41,481 nt of DNA, taken from contig JAITAN010000256.1 in NCBI GenBank assembly GCA_031284105.1, forward strand, positions 1-41,481, read 5' to 3'. Below the pieces are notes generated by a model. It was given only the letters and a program-made list of their open reading frames with translations. It was not told the origin of the DNA and did no database searches. A program made the position numbers and the translations under genes. Positions 1 to 9,462 of the stretch are shown here, in pieces; position 1 is the first letter of the stretch, and every line of letters begins with the position of its first letter. Origin of the DNA: Treponema sp. (GTDB lineage Bacteria > Spirochaetota > Spirochaetia > Treponematales > Breznakiellaceae).

Positions 1-220
1 AAGCCCACCTCTGGAGATAACTGCGTTAAGTTTTGGAGATTTTCAAAACAATATCTTAAAACTCATTGAAAAGGAAAAAATGTGCGCCTGCATTTGACTC
101 GGACCCATAGAGCAAAAATGCGGCTAAAAAATTACCGTCATTTGATGGCACGGAGCGCTTTTTTTCCTCCATTTTCAATTCAAATTGCATCCTAATCTCC
201 TGTATAGTACGGAGGTTATT

Positions 221-1999
221 ATGATGAAACATCAAATACCAATCAGAAAAAAGTATGGGCAAGAGAGCTTCTCCTGCGGTTTACACGCTCCGCACCGCGC
301 GCCGGCGGTACTGGCCGTCGTACTTGCCCTGTTGTATGTCGAGGTTTTTACGGCGTGTTCAGACGATACCCATCAGGAACAGAAGGATACCGCAGGACGG
401 GTGCTGATTCGAATTGCACCATCGAACCAACGTACCGTCTATCCTGATACCGGCGGTTTCGTCAAATTTACGCTGCTCTTTACCGGAGAAGACGGAAAGA
501 GCGCGCCGAACGTCATTCTGGAAAACAAAACAAGCGTGGAAATCAGGCTTGACCCGGGTAAATGGATCATAACCGCTACGGGCTGGATACATTCCGGGGA
601 TTCAAGCCTTGTACCGGCGGCATGCGGTAAGGTTGAGGTAACGGTAATCGCAGGAAAAGCAGCCCAAGCCGAGATTATGTTGGACAAACCTGCCACGGAA
701 AGCGGAATGGACGGAACGTTTACATGGCGCGTACAGTTTCCGGCAGATGCGGTCGAAAGCGGACATATGCGCCTCTCGGTATTGAGAAACGGAATGTTCT
801 CACCGTATGACGAAGTCGATATACTTGAGCAAAGAGAAGGCGGCATGAGCCTTCCGCCCGGCTATTACCTCGCGGAAGTTACGCTGTCGGCCGGAGGCGC
901 GGAGGCAGGACGAAGCGAAGTCATGTACATCTATCCCGGTCTTACCACCGCATTACCGGACATGGCGTTTACATCCGGTGATTTTCCTCCCCGCACTCCC
1001 GAACCGGATGTTTCCACGCTCGCAATCGGTATCGGCATCGAGGAGGCCGTCGACATACGAGGGCTGCCTCCCGAACCCGTGATCTTAACCGGTACCGGCG
1101 CCGCGGGTTTTCCTTCCACGTTGTCCTTAACGATAACGGATTTTACATGGATCGAGTGCCGTTTAGATGGAGAAGCGGTTGTTCCCGAACCGGGTGAAGG
1201 CAACGCAGAAACGACGTTTTTCATTAACGCGCAGGGGTTGCACGGCGGGAGGCATTTTTTGTCATTTGTCGGGGTGAAAAACGGTGTGCCTCATGGACGG
1301 GAAATAGTCTTGTCTGTGGATCCGCCTCCAAGCATAGACAGCGTTGAGAGCCTTGCCGAAATGCTTGCCGCCCTCCCTCCCAATACCCAAGAGCATCCGT
1401 ACCGTATTACAATGAACGGCGTAGATGTATCGGCAGTGGGAAAAACCGGAAACACTTTGCGGACATTATATGACGCGCTTAATCGATACGTCGCGCTGGA
1501 TTTAACCGGAAGCGGAGGAGACAAGTTCGCCAGCATCTCTCTTGAAACCGCCGGGGGGAAAGGGTACATCGTTTCGATTGTTCTTCCACCCTCCGTTACC
1601 GAAATTGCCACCAACGCTTTTCAAGGCTGTGCGACGCTTGTTTCTGTAGAAATGCCCGGCGTCAGGACGGTACGGCAGGGCGCGTTCGATGGGTGTACGA
1701 ACCTTGAATCCGCCTCGCTGCCTGAGACAACGGAAATTGTCAATACCACGCAAAGCGGACACGGAGCGTTTTATAATTGCGGAAAATTGACATCCGTGTA
1801 CGTTCCAAAGGTTATAACCATTGGACATCGCTCGTTTTCCGGCTGTACTACGCTCACCACTATTTCGCTGCCCTGCATAACGCAGATTGATGAATACGCC
1901 TTCAAGAACTGCAAAAGTCTGGTTACCGCATACATACCGGAGAGTGCGGTCATTGCCGGCAATGCGTTTGAAGGATGTACCGCTCTTGCTATGGAATAG
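221..1999 (+). CDS. Surface lipoprotein with C-terminal BspA-type leucine-rich repeats
   Basis: ORF 185..1999. GGAGG at 211-215 lies six nt before ATG 221. The N-terminus has a hydrophobic signal and a lipobox-like VFTAC. The C-terminal ~130 aa consists of ~23-aa repeats of the form AF.GC..L.S...P (ATNAFQGCATLVSVEMP, GAFDGCTNLESASLP, RSFSGCTTLTTISLP, YAFKNCKSLVTAYIP, NAFEGCTAL). Confidence 0.8.
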   Translation: MMKHQIPIRKKYGQESFSCGLHAPHRAPAVLAVVLALLYVEVFTACSDDTHQEQKDTAGRVLIRIAPSNQRTVYPDTGGFVKFTLLFTGEDGKSAPNVILENKTSVEIRLDPGKWIITATGWIHSGDSSLVPAACGKVEVTVIAGKAAQAEIMLDKPATESGMDGTFTWRVQFPADAVESGHMRLSVLRNGMFSPYDEVDILEQREGGMSLPPGYYLAEVTLSAGGAEAGRSEVMYIYPGLTTALPDMAFTSGDFPPRTPEPDVSTLAIGIGIEEAVDIRGLPPEPVILTGTGAAGFPSTLSLTITDFTWIECRLDGEAVVPEPGEGNAETTFFINAQGLHGGRHFLSFVGVKNGVPHGREIVLSVDPPPSIDSVESLAEMLAALPPNTQEHPYRITMNGVDVSAVGKTGNTLRTLYDALNRYVALDLTGSGGDKFASISLETAGGKGYIVSIVLPPSVTEIATNAFQGCATLVSVEMPGVRTVRQGAFDGCTNLESASLPETTEIVNTTQSGHGAFYNCGKLTSVYVPKVITIGHRSFSGCTTLTTISLPCITQIDEYAFKNCKSLVTAYIPESAVIAGNAFEGCTALAME

Positions 2000-2342
2000 G
2001 AATAGTCTACGCGTTTCCCGTTACGCCGTTTTTACCCGCTTGCCTTATGGCACGGCGCGTATATTGGACGGCAGATTCCGCCTGATACATTCTTGCATCA
2101 CAAAGAGTCTGCCGCCTAACGTCTTACCGTGTTGTTGGAAACGTACAAAGGATAGCAATACCTTCTTCATAAAAGGAGCCGTATTATGTGGAGAGTGCCG
2201 TGAGTAAGAAGAAGGTCTTCGGCTTTCCCAAAACCAGATTGAAAATGAGCGTTTTGGGTAAAGCTCCGGTTGTAATCTCTGTTTTATGTTCATGTAAAGG
2301 CTTTTTCGATTATGGCAAATAATACGGAAAACAACGCCGCCT

Positions 2343-2385
2343 CGCCTCCATGCAGGTATACCTCTGGGGAGGCGCGTTTCTTTTT
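2343..2385 (+). terminator. Possible intrinsic (perhaps bidirectional) terminator between convergent genes
   Basis: GC stem cgcctcc (2343-2349) pairs with ggaggcg (2368-2374), followed by cgtttcttttt. It lies between the convergent genes ending at 1999 and 2423. The 18-nt loop is long, so this is only moderately convincing. Confidence 0.35.
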
Positions 2386-2422
2386 GGGCGGGGACGGCAA
2401 AGCGCCCCTAGGCAAAGCCGCC

Positions 2423-4312
2423 CTACCAGAAAATCCTGATGTGCTCTGTCTGCGCCCTGTGCTTCATTTTCACCAGCAATGTCTGTTCCGAAGCCGAATA
2501 CACCCATCCGGATGAATCGTACTGCTCGAAATTCGGGGCGGTTCTATACGACTGGTTATAAAGCTGTAGACGCTCTATTGAAGGCGGTATGTTATGGATA
2601 AGCATATAGTGGATTTCACCGGACGGGAAATCAACCGCAATATCCAAACTTGAACCGGAAACGCCGAGGGTACCGGTAAGGCTTGCGGAAACCCGCGTCG
2701 CCGCGGTCCATGTCCAGACCGGAGCGTTTATCCCGCTCATAATACCTACGGCGCGGGCAAAGTTTTCTCCTACGCCCAGTTCACGGTACAGATAGGCGGA
2801 ATGGACGGTTACGGCCGCTTCCGTAGAGGTGGGACTATCCGCCATTATATCGGATATCAAAAGTTCTGCGGGCACAAGTCCCGCGCTATCGGTCATGGAA
2901 AGGACGGATAGTATGATGGAGCGGGCCGCGGCGGCCCAGCCGGTGTTACCGGTACTTTCCGTATAAAGCAGCAAGGCTTTACCTAAACGCAGATTGAAAA
3001 GCATATCCGCAGAGCCGTTGTTGAATACAAACACCTTATCACCCAGATTGTTCTTCCGTATGCCCGCAGAAATAAGTGAATACACCCTGTCGATGAAACG
3101 CGCAAAGGGGTTTTCTATAGCAGGACGGTAGCTCCTCCAATCCATATAATTTTCTAAAATAGCAGGTATACAATCGGGGGTAATGGCGGAAGGATCGATG
3201 GAACGCGCCCATACCGCGGCCGTATTAATAAGGGCTTCCGCACCTCGAAGAGAAAGGTATTCAATGGCGTGAGATTCTTTGAAAAAGTCGAATGACTGGT
3301 TGCTGATTTCCTCGGACAGACGATTATTGGTTTCCCGCTCAAACCCGCTTAAAGAGCGGAGCGCCTGATCCAGTTGTCCAAAATACGGCGATGAGGCGTA
3401 GGTTTTTTGTCCCGCCCTTGGCAGGACGCTTATAGCCCCGTTTGCAAAACTTGACGGTACCTCCGTCAGCGCCCGGCCGTAATTGTTACGGTGGATAGAT
3501 TCACTAATGTACGCCATAATCTGAACTTCATCGGATACCGGCCGTTGCTCATAGAGCCGCATACGCCATTGCTCGATTGCATTGTTATAATTCGCTAGAT
3601 ATGCCGCTCTCTCAATAACAAAATCCGCCGGATTGAACGATTGATCTTCGCTATTTTCAGACGGCATTTGTTCTTTACCAACAGCAGGCAGTTCAATAAC
3701 TTGATACGTAATAAGCGGATTGCTGTTTGTCAAGACTATTATCTGTTTATCAGGGTCCATCAACGTTCTGTTAAAACCGTAACGTATCCCATTATAAGTA
3801 ATAAAAAAACGCCCATTATCAGCCTGCTGAATACGAGATGTTGTAAGCAGCCTATAAGGAAGTTCGAGCCGTTCCGTCCCTTCCGCAAAACTTACCCTTA
3901 TGACAAGCTCCTGCCCTACCGTATCGTTCTGTACGGCAAAGGTTATAGTGGTTCCTTCACTGAAACGGAACATTACGGCATTGTCGGAAACCGCTATGTA
4001 TGCGGGTAACTTGATTTCCCGCCTGCCGTCCGTGTACACAAGCGAGCATTTGTTTTCTTCAGTCACCCGATATTCCATGCCGTTAAAAGAAATCGTCGAT
4101 CTTCCTGTAATAGCTTGCCAATCAGTGCCCGGCGACAGTACATTGGCAGATTCCGGTCTCCTCTCTTTATACTGAGCGCTTACCGTAAGACTGCCGATCT
4201 GTTTGGTAAAATTCCCATACTTTGTAAACTGAAGTAAAACCAACGCAAAAAAAATGATAATATAACCGGCAAAAAGACCCGCCATGCGCGGAGCAATTGA
4301 CTTTTTTATCAA
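2423..4312 (-). CDS. Hypothetical membrane-anchored protein (629 aa, single N-terminal TM helix)
   Basis: Long uninterrupted ORF. TTG start at 4312 is preceded by AAAGGA 7 nt upstream. N-terminal hydrophobic helix MAGLFAGYIIIFFALVLLQF. I recognise no family motif. Confidence 0.7.
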   Translation of the reverse strand: MIKKSIAPRMAGLFAGYIIIFFALVLLQFTKYGNFTKQIGSLTVSAQYKERRPESANVLSPGTDWQAITGRSTISFNGMEYRVTEENKCSLVYTDGRREIKLPAYIAVSDNAVMFRFSEGTTITFAVQNDTVGQELVIRVSFAEGTERLELPYRLLTTSRIQQADNGRFFITYNGIRYGFNRTLMDPDKQIIVLTNSNPLITYQVIELPAVGKEQMPSENSEDQSFNPADFVIERAAYLANYNNAIEQWRMRLYEQRPVSDEVQIMAYISESIHRNNYGRALTEVPSSFANGAISVLPRAGQKTYASSPYFGQLDQALRSLSGFERETNNRLSEEISNQSFDFFKESHAIEYLSLRGAEALINTAAVWARSIDPSAITPDCIPAILENYMDWRSYRPAIENPFARFIDRVYSLISAGIRKNNLGDKVFVFNNGSADMLFNLRLGKALLLYTESTGNTGWAAAARSIILSVLSMTDSAGLVPAELLISDIMADSPTSTEAAVTVHSAYLYRELGVGENFARAVGIMSGINAPVWTWTAATRVSASLTGTLGVSGSSLDIAVDFPSGEIHYMLIHNIPPSIERLQLYNQSYRTAPNFEQYDSSGWVYSASEQTLLVKMKHRAQTEHIRIFW

Positions 4313-4647
4313 GATAAAAATCCTTTTCCATTCGTTGTGGGTCTATACGCCATCCTTCAGGACCGGTTTGTACTGATGCTACGAGCGGCTTGCCGGACTT
4401 ATGGACAGCTTACATGATATACAAACTCTCCCAATGTATGGGCTGCTTTCTGAGTTTGTATAGTATAAAACCACAAAAAGTGTGTTTTATACGGTTTCTA
4501 CACACACAGGCGCGCGTACGACAAACTTCTGGCAAAAACCGGCTGCAGACTCCACTATTAAAAAATTTCTTTACAGAAACCTCAAACAATGCAACGCTTA
4601 TAAGATACATCGCTCTTTATGAGGGTCATTCTGTAATATATTAGTGT

Positions 4648-4677
4648 ATTATAGCACACGATGATAAAAAAGAGCAA
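4648..4677 (-). promoter_or_regulatory. Candidate sigma70-type promoter with extended -10
   Basis: The minus strand reads TTGCTC (4677-4672), an 18-nt spacer, then TGcTATAAT (-10 at 4653-4648). It sits 10 bp downstream of the rsgA stop and about 330 nt upstream of the 629-aa gene start. Confidence 0.3.
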
Positions 4678-4687
4678 TGCGGTATCT

Positions 4688-5638
4688 CTAAATTTCATCT
4701 CTTATATGAAGAAAACTCTTGTACCGATCTTCGTGAATAATACCTGACTCAACCGCTTCGACGATCTTGCACCCCGGCTCGTTTTGATGGGTACAGGAAA
4801 GACCAAAGGCGCACGTTCCCGCAAACGATGCGAATTCCTTCATATACATCACAATATCTCCGGCGGTAACGCCGTCCGGCACAAAGAGCCTAACCCCCGG
4901 CGTATCAATGACGAATGTTTTTTGCCCATTTTCTTTCATATCGGTCAAAGCGGGGATTTCCATAAGGCGCGACATAGCGGTTGTATGGTTTCCCCTGTCG
5001 TATTTCTCATTGATACGGCCGGTTTTTATACCCGCGCCCGGAATAAGCGTATTGACAAGGCTCGACTTTCCCACACCGGATTGCCCGGCAAGCACAGAGC
5101 GTTTTCCGCGTACCAACTCGCAAAGGGCGTCTATACCCGTGCCGGTTAGAACCGAAACATGCAGTACCCTATAACCGATGCGGACAAAATCATTCAACCG
5201 CTTTGTAACCGCCTCGTCATAGGGCAGATCGCACTTATTACACACGATGACCGGCATAATGCCGGCATACTCCGCCTGTACCAGCAACCGGTCTATGAAC
5301 CGGGGGCGGAAGGGAGGAGATGCCGGAGTCGTAAGGCAAAGCGCAAGGTCTACGTTTGCGGCTAAAATTTGTGATGCCGCAGAACGATTCCGGCCGCGTC
5401 CTTTCTGGTTTGTACGGGTAAACATGTTTCGCCGTTTTTCAAGGCTTATGATGAGCCCTTGCCCCGTATGGACGCCATCCCGTTCAAAAACAACCCTGTC
5501 TCCGGGGGCAAGCGGGTTGTAATACGTTTCCACCCCTTTGAGTATTTTTCCCTTAATACGGCATTCTATGTTGCCGTCTTCTCCATCCGCCTGTACGGTA
5601 AAGATATTATTGGATCCCCATAAAACAATACCGGTCAT
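4688..5638 (-). CDS. rsgA: Ribosome small-subunit-dependent GTPase A
   Basis: Circularly permuted GTPase motif order: NKCDL (G4) precedes GQSGVGKSSL (G1/Walker A) and DTPG (G3). C-terminal zinc motif C.....C.H..EPGC (CAFGLSCTHQNEPGC). Confidence 0.92.
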   Translation of the reverse strand: MTGIVLWGSNNIFTVQADGEDGNIECRIKGKILKGVETYYNPLAPGDRVVFERDGVHTGQGLIISLEKRRNMFTRTNQKGRGRNRSAASQILAANVDLALCLTTPASPPFRPRFIDRLLVQAEYAGIMPVIVCNKCDLPYDEAVTKRLNDFVRIGYRVLHVSVLTGTGIDALCELVRGKRSVLAGQSGVGKSSLVNTLIPGAGIKTGRINEKYDRGNHTTAMSRLMEIPALTDMKENGQKTFVIDTPGVRLFVPDGVTAGDIVMYMKEFASFAGTCAFGLSCTHQNEPGCKIVEAVESGIIHEDRYKSFLHIRDEI

Positions 5639-5671
5639 TCAAACGCCTTTTCACGGAATGAGCCTTTCATT

Positions 5672-6568
5672 TCACGGAACCGGCCTTTCATTATTCGGAC
5701 AATTTAGCGAATCCAACGAATCCAAAAGGCAAATATCCAATCCAAAAGCGCAAGCCCTTTTTTGCCAAAGCGGCTCAATGGGAGCGGAACCGGTAAGCAG
5801 TAAGACTGCGCCGGACATCCTACCGGCCGCGGCCGCGTCCGGCGCGGTTTTCGAGGTTTTTGAAATCTTTTCAACACGCCGGATGACCCCTTCAACCGAA
5901 TCGTATACACCAATGCCCGGCGCGGCAAGACGCCGGAAGGTATCGAGCAAGAGCAGAAAATGCGTGCAGCCGAGCACCAGCGCGTCCGCGCCTACGGCGC
6001 GCAATCGCTCTATGTAGGGAGATACCACCCGCGCCTTCTCGGTTTCCGCGGCGCGCTCTCCGCCGTGTTCCACAAACTGTACAATATCGGGCGCGGCAAG
6101 GGCCGCGATTTTCACGCCGGGTCCGTACTTTTTCGCCAGTTCCATGATATACGGATCCTCAATGGTACGGTCCGTTCCAAGCACGCCCACACGGTGAGTC
6201 TTGCTTGCGAGTACCGCGGGCTTTATCGCCGGCACGGTACCTACCCAAGAAACGGAAGGAAACGTTTCCCGTAAAGCATTCAAAGCCGAGACCGATGCGG
6301 TGTTGCAGGCCAATACCGCCGCGCTCGGCTCAACGTACTTCAGCGCTCTTGCGGCAAGCTCGATGAGTATACCGGTAATTTCCTCTCTCGTTTTAGAGCC
6401 GTAAGGAAAATGCCCGCGATCCGCAATATAGATAACGGTATCACGGGGATTCCGTTCATAGAAATACCTGAAGTAAGGAAGTCCGCCGATACCGGAATCA
6501 AAGAAAAGTATGGGCTTATTAGAAAGATGCAAGGAATTCAAACGATTCAAAAAATCTGTATGGAGCAT
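5672..6568 (-). CDS. murI: Glutamate racemase
   Basis: Motifs FFDSGIGGL, LACNTAS and LGCTHF (the two catalytic Cys motifs). The ORF extends to 6604. ATG 6568 (MLHTDF...) gives a more typical N-terminus, so the start is uncertain by 36 nt. Confidence 0.9.
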   Translation of the reverse strand: MLHTDFLNRLNSLHLSNKPILFFDSGIGGLPYFRYFYERNPRDTVIYIADRGHFPYGSKTREEITGILIELAARALKYVEPSAAVLACNTASVSALNALRETFPSVSWVGTVPAIKPAVLASKTHRVGVLGTDRTIEDPYIMELAKKYGPGVKIAALAAPDIVQFVEHGGERAAETEKARVVSPYIERLRAVGADALVLGCTHFLLLLDTFRRLAAPGIGVYDSVEGVIRRVEKISKTSKTAPDAAAAGRMSGAVLLLTGSAPIEPLWQKRACAFGLDICLLDSLDSLNCPNNERPVP

Positions 6569-6697
6569 TTTTATTATATTGATATAAAAAAAATGGAGTG
6601 TCAATACGGAGTCGATTGTATAAGTAGTAAGGGGCAGGTTCTAGGCAGGAGCCGCGGCCGAAGTTCATGGGGAACAGCGGGTTATATGAAGCGGCCG

Positions 6698-6799
6698 GAT
6701 TGGGGGGCAGCGGAAGCCCCGCGTGCGGGGCTGGAGACAGGGGTGGGCGCGGCAGGCGGGCTGCCGTATGCTGCCCGAGACATAGAAACGGCGCCCCCG
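6698..6799 (+). repeat. GC-rich dispersed element of about 110 bp, copy A
   Basis: gattggggggcagcggaagccccgc...ggggctggagacagggg...gaaacggcgccccc aligns with 37941-38059 in the same orientation. Copy B carries a ~17-bp insertion. Confidence 0.8.
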
Positions 6800-6800
6800 C

Positions 6801-7140
6801 TTCTTCCGCACGGCTCGCAACTAATTCCGCGCGGCCCGGAAGTAATTCCGCGCGGCCCGGAACTAATTCCGCGGAGCGCGTAATCAATTCCGCATAGCCC
6901 GGAAGTAATTCCGTACGGCTCGGAAGTAATTCCGTGCGGCCCGTAATCAATTCCGCGTGGCCTGTAACTAATTCCGCACGGCCCGGAACTAATTCCGCGG
7001 GGCTCGTAATCAATTCCGCGGGGCTCGTAATCAATTCCGCATGGCCCGGAAGTAATTCCGCGCGGCCCGGAAGTAATTCCGCACGGCCCGGGAGTAATTC
7101 CGCGGGGCCCGGAACTAATTCCGCGCGGCCCGGAACCGAT
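6801..7140 (+). repeat. 21-bp tandem repeat array, about 16 units (consensus CGGAAGTAATTCCGCGCGGCC)
   Basis: Fifteen full units can be phased exactly at 21 bp from 6816 to 7130 (for example 6837-6857 and 7047-7067 are identical), plus partial units at both ends. Each unit contains the inverted repeat CGGAA-N4-TTCCG. Variant cores are GGAAGTAATTCC, GGAACTAATTCC and GTAATCAATTCC. Confidence 0.95.
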
Positions 7141-7246
7141 CACGGAAATTCTAAACGCCGGACGCGGCGGTAACAAAACCCGAAAACGCGGCAGGTTGAA
7201 TTCCATCCATAAAGCGGTATATGCCGCCTGCTATTTGACGAAAAAC

Positions 7247-9454
7247 ATGAAATATGCTATATTACAAAGCGATATGACAGAATTTGCAACCGAAAATTCC
7301 GGATTAAAAGAGGCGCGAAAAAGAATCAAACTTTTTTCAGAATCATGGGATATGGAACTTGACCTTTCCAATCTTGGATTGGAACATTTTCCGGCGGAAC
7401 TCATAGACGTCCCCGACATCGTTCAGGCTCTCAATCTCAGCGGGAATAAACTCGATGAATTACCGCCTGCCATAAGCGCATTTACCGCGCTTGAATCGAT
7501 TGATCTGAGCGGCAACCGGTTTTCAAAGCTGCCGGAAACGATTATCAACTTACAAAATCTCAGAAAGCTCAAGATAAACGATAATGATCTCGTCGAATTA
7601 CCTGAAAACATAGACAGGCTCTTCCTTCTGGAAACCCTTGACGTCAGCCATAACCGGCTCATCCGCCTGCCGGACAGCATTAAAAACCTCCGCAGGCTAA
7701 AAAATTTTGATTTTAACCTAAACAAACTCGCTGAAGTACCGAATTCCGTTAAAAAATTTGCCTATACCAGAAAAACAAACATCTTGACCCATATCAGAAA
7801 ACTTACGGATATGACGGCCGAGTGCGAAGATGTTTTTACCGATGTTTTTTTCGAGAGATCCGCGCCCCACCTCAAAGCCCTTATGGAGCGGTTTCATCTT
7901 ACGCCGGTACAGGCGATTATTTATGCACAGCTTCTTCTGCACTACGATGAGCAATCAATCTCCATCCGTGAAATCGCCTCTGCGATCGGCTTATGCAGCC
8001 TCGAAATGCTTCCCTATCTGAAGGAATTTGATGAACTTGAACGTAAAAAACTCCTTCTTTGTAGGCGTCCGGCTGAGAGTGAACCCGCTACCTACTGCAT
8101 ACCGCCCGAAGTGGTAGAGTCTCTGCGTATGGATAAGCCGTACAAGATCGAAACGTACGAAAATGTGAGTACCGAGACGTTTTTTGAAACGATGGACAAA
8201 TTGTTCGATCAACATGGCAATAGCGAATTGAGTTACGGCGCTTTTGTCACGGAAGTACAAAACTTGATGAATAACAATATGCAGATATCGTTCTGCAAGA
8301 AAATACGAGAAGCGAATCTCGAAACCGCCGATATGGTTCTCCTGCTCAGGTTCTGTCAGCGCCTCGTTTTCTATAATGATGACGCCATCGGCATAAGCGA
8401 TATAGGCGGTATCTTTAATGATGATGTATTCAAAAAATTCGCTCGCTTATTCAGAGAAGGAGAATTCGAGCTTATAAAGCGCGGGTTTGTTGAAATGAAA
8501 GAAAACGGCGAGTATGATGTGGATATCTTTGACGACAGCGAACTATACTCCCTTACGCCGGCGGCAAAGGAGGATTTACTCGGAGAACTCGATCTTAAAC
8601 CGCCGAAAAAGACCGCGGCGAAGAAGGATATCCTCATTCCTTATGGGAGTATTACGGCAAAAAGAATGTTCTACAATAAAAAAGAAGAAGGGCGGATACA
8701 AGAGCTTTTTTCCGTGCTGCGTGCGGATAACTTTAAAGCCGTACAAGTGCGCCTTGCTGAAAAAGGCTTGCGTACCGGCTTTGTCTGCCTTTTTTCAGGA
8801 GCGCCCGGTACCGGAAAGACCGAGACCGCGTATCAATTAGCCCGTGAAGATGAACGCGACCTTATGGCTATCAATATCACGGATATTCAGAGCAAATGGG
8901 TAGGGGAGAGCGAGAAAAATCTGAAAACGGTCTTTGAAAACTACCGTAAAGCCGTTCAAAAGCAGAATCAGGAAGGCAAACAGATACCCATCCTTCTTTT
9001 TAATGAAGCGGACGGCATCATCTCCAAACGTTTTGAATTGGGAAACGCGAGCAGGTCTGTGGATCAGATGATGAACAGCCTCCAAAGCATCATTCTGGAA
9101 GAAATGGAAAAACTGCCCGGCATCCTTATCGCCACGACCAACCTTGTTCAAAACATGGATAAAGCTTTTGAACGCCGTTTTCTGTACAAGATCGAGTTTG
9201 AAAAACCGGACGCCGCCGTGCGCCAAGCCATTTGGCGGAATATGCTGCCCATACTCCATGATGATGAGGCAAAAGCGCTTGCAGTACGTTTTGAATTCTC
9301 CGGCGGACAAATCGAGAATATCACCCGTAAATCAATTACCGATTATGTACTTACCGGTACAGAAACTTCTTTTGAAAAACTACTCAAATTCTGCAAAGAA
9401 GAACAGTCGGCAAAACACGACGAACGGCAAATAGGGTTTACGGTAGGGATATAA
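7247..9454 (+). CDS. Multidomain protein: N-terminal leucine-rich repeats, central winged-helix-like region, C-terminal classical AAA+ ATPase
   Basis: ORF 7196..9454, with possible starts at TTG 7196, ATG 7247 and ATG 7274. About six LRRs of the L..L.L..N.L..LP type lie at nt ~7358-7766 (LDLSNLGLEHFPAEL, LNLSGNKLDELPPAI, IDLSGNRFSKLPETI and others). Walker A GAPGTGKT is at 8798-8821. Walker B ILLFNEAD is at 8990-9013. Sensor-1 is ATTN and the Arg-finger region is DKAFERRF. Confidence 0.85.
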   Translation: MKYAILQSDMTEFATENSGLKEARKRIKLFSESWDMELDLSNLGLEHFPAELIDVPDIVQALNLSGNKLDELPPAISAFTALESIDLSGNRFSKLPETIINLQNLRKLKINDNDLVELPENIDRLFLLETLDVSHNRLIRLPDSIKNLRRLKNFDFNLNKLAEVPNSVKKFAYTRKTNILTHIRKLTDMTAECEDVFTDVFFERSAPHLKALMERFHLTPVQAIIYAQLLLHYDEQSISIREIASAIGLCSLEMLPYLKEFDELERKKLLLCRRPAESEPATYCIPPEVVESLRMDKPYKIETYENVSTETFFETMDKLFDQHGNSELSYGAFVTEVQNLMNNNMQISFCKKIREANLETADMVLLLRFCQRLVFYNDDAIGISDIGGIFNDDVFKKFARLFREGEFELIKRGFVEMKENGEYDVDIFDDSELYSLTPAAKEDLLGELDLKPPKKTAAKKDILIPYGSITAKRMFYNKKEEGRIQELFSVLRADNFKAVQVRLAEKGLRTGFVCLFSGAPGTGKTETAYQLAREDERDLMAINITDIQSKWVGESEKNLKTVFENYRKAVQKQNQEGKQIPILLFNEADGIISKRFELGNASRSVDQMMNSLQSIILEEMEKLPGILIATTNLVQNMDKAFERRFLYKIEFEKPDAAVRQAIWRNMLPILHDDEAKALAVRFEFSGGQIENITRKSITDYVLTGTETSFEKLLKFCKEEQSAKHDERQIGFTVGI

Positions 9455-9462
9455 AGGCGTTT

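Noticed and set aside
6519-7206. ORFs of 76-174 aa on both strands across the 21-bp array (6682..7206-, 6519..7034-, 6410..6883+, 6667..6897+, 6934..7173+) encoding heptad repeats such as GPRGITS, AELVPGR and NSARPGS
   Set aside because: Several frames are open simultaneously only because the 21-nt unit is a multiple of 3 and mostly lacks stop triplets. There are no ribosome-binding sites. The translations are low-complexity and run into neighbouring genes out of context.
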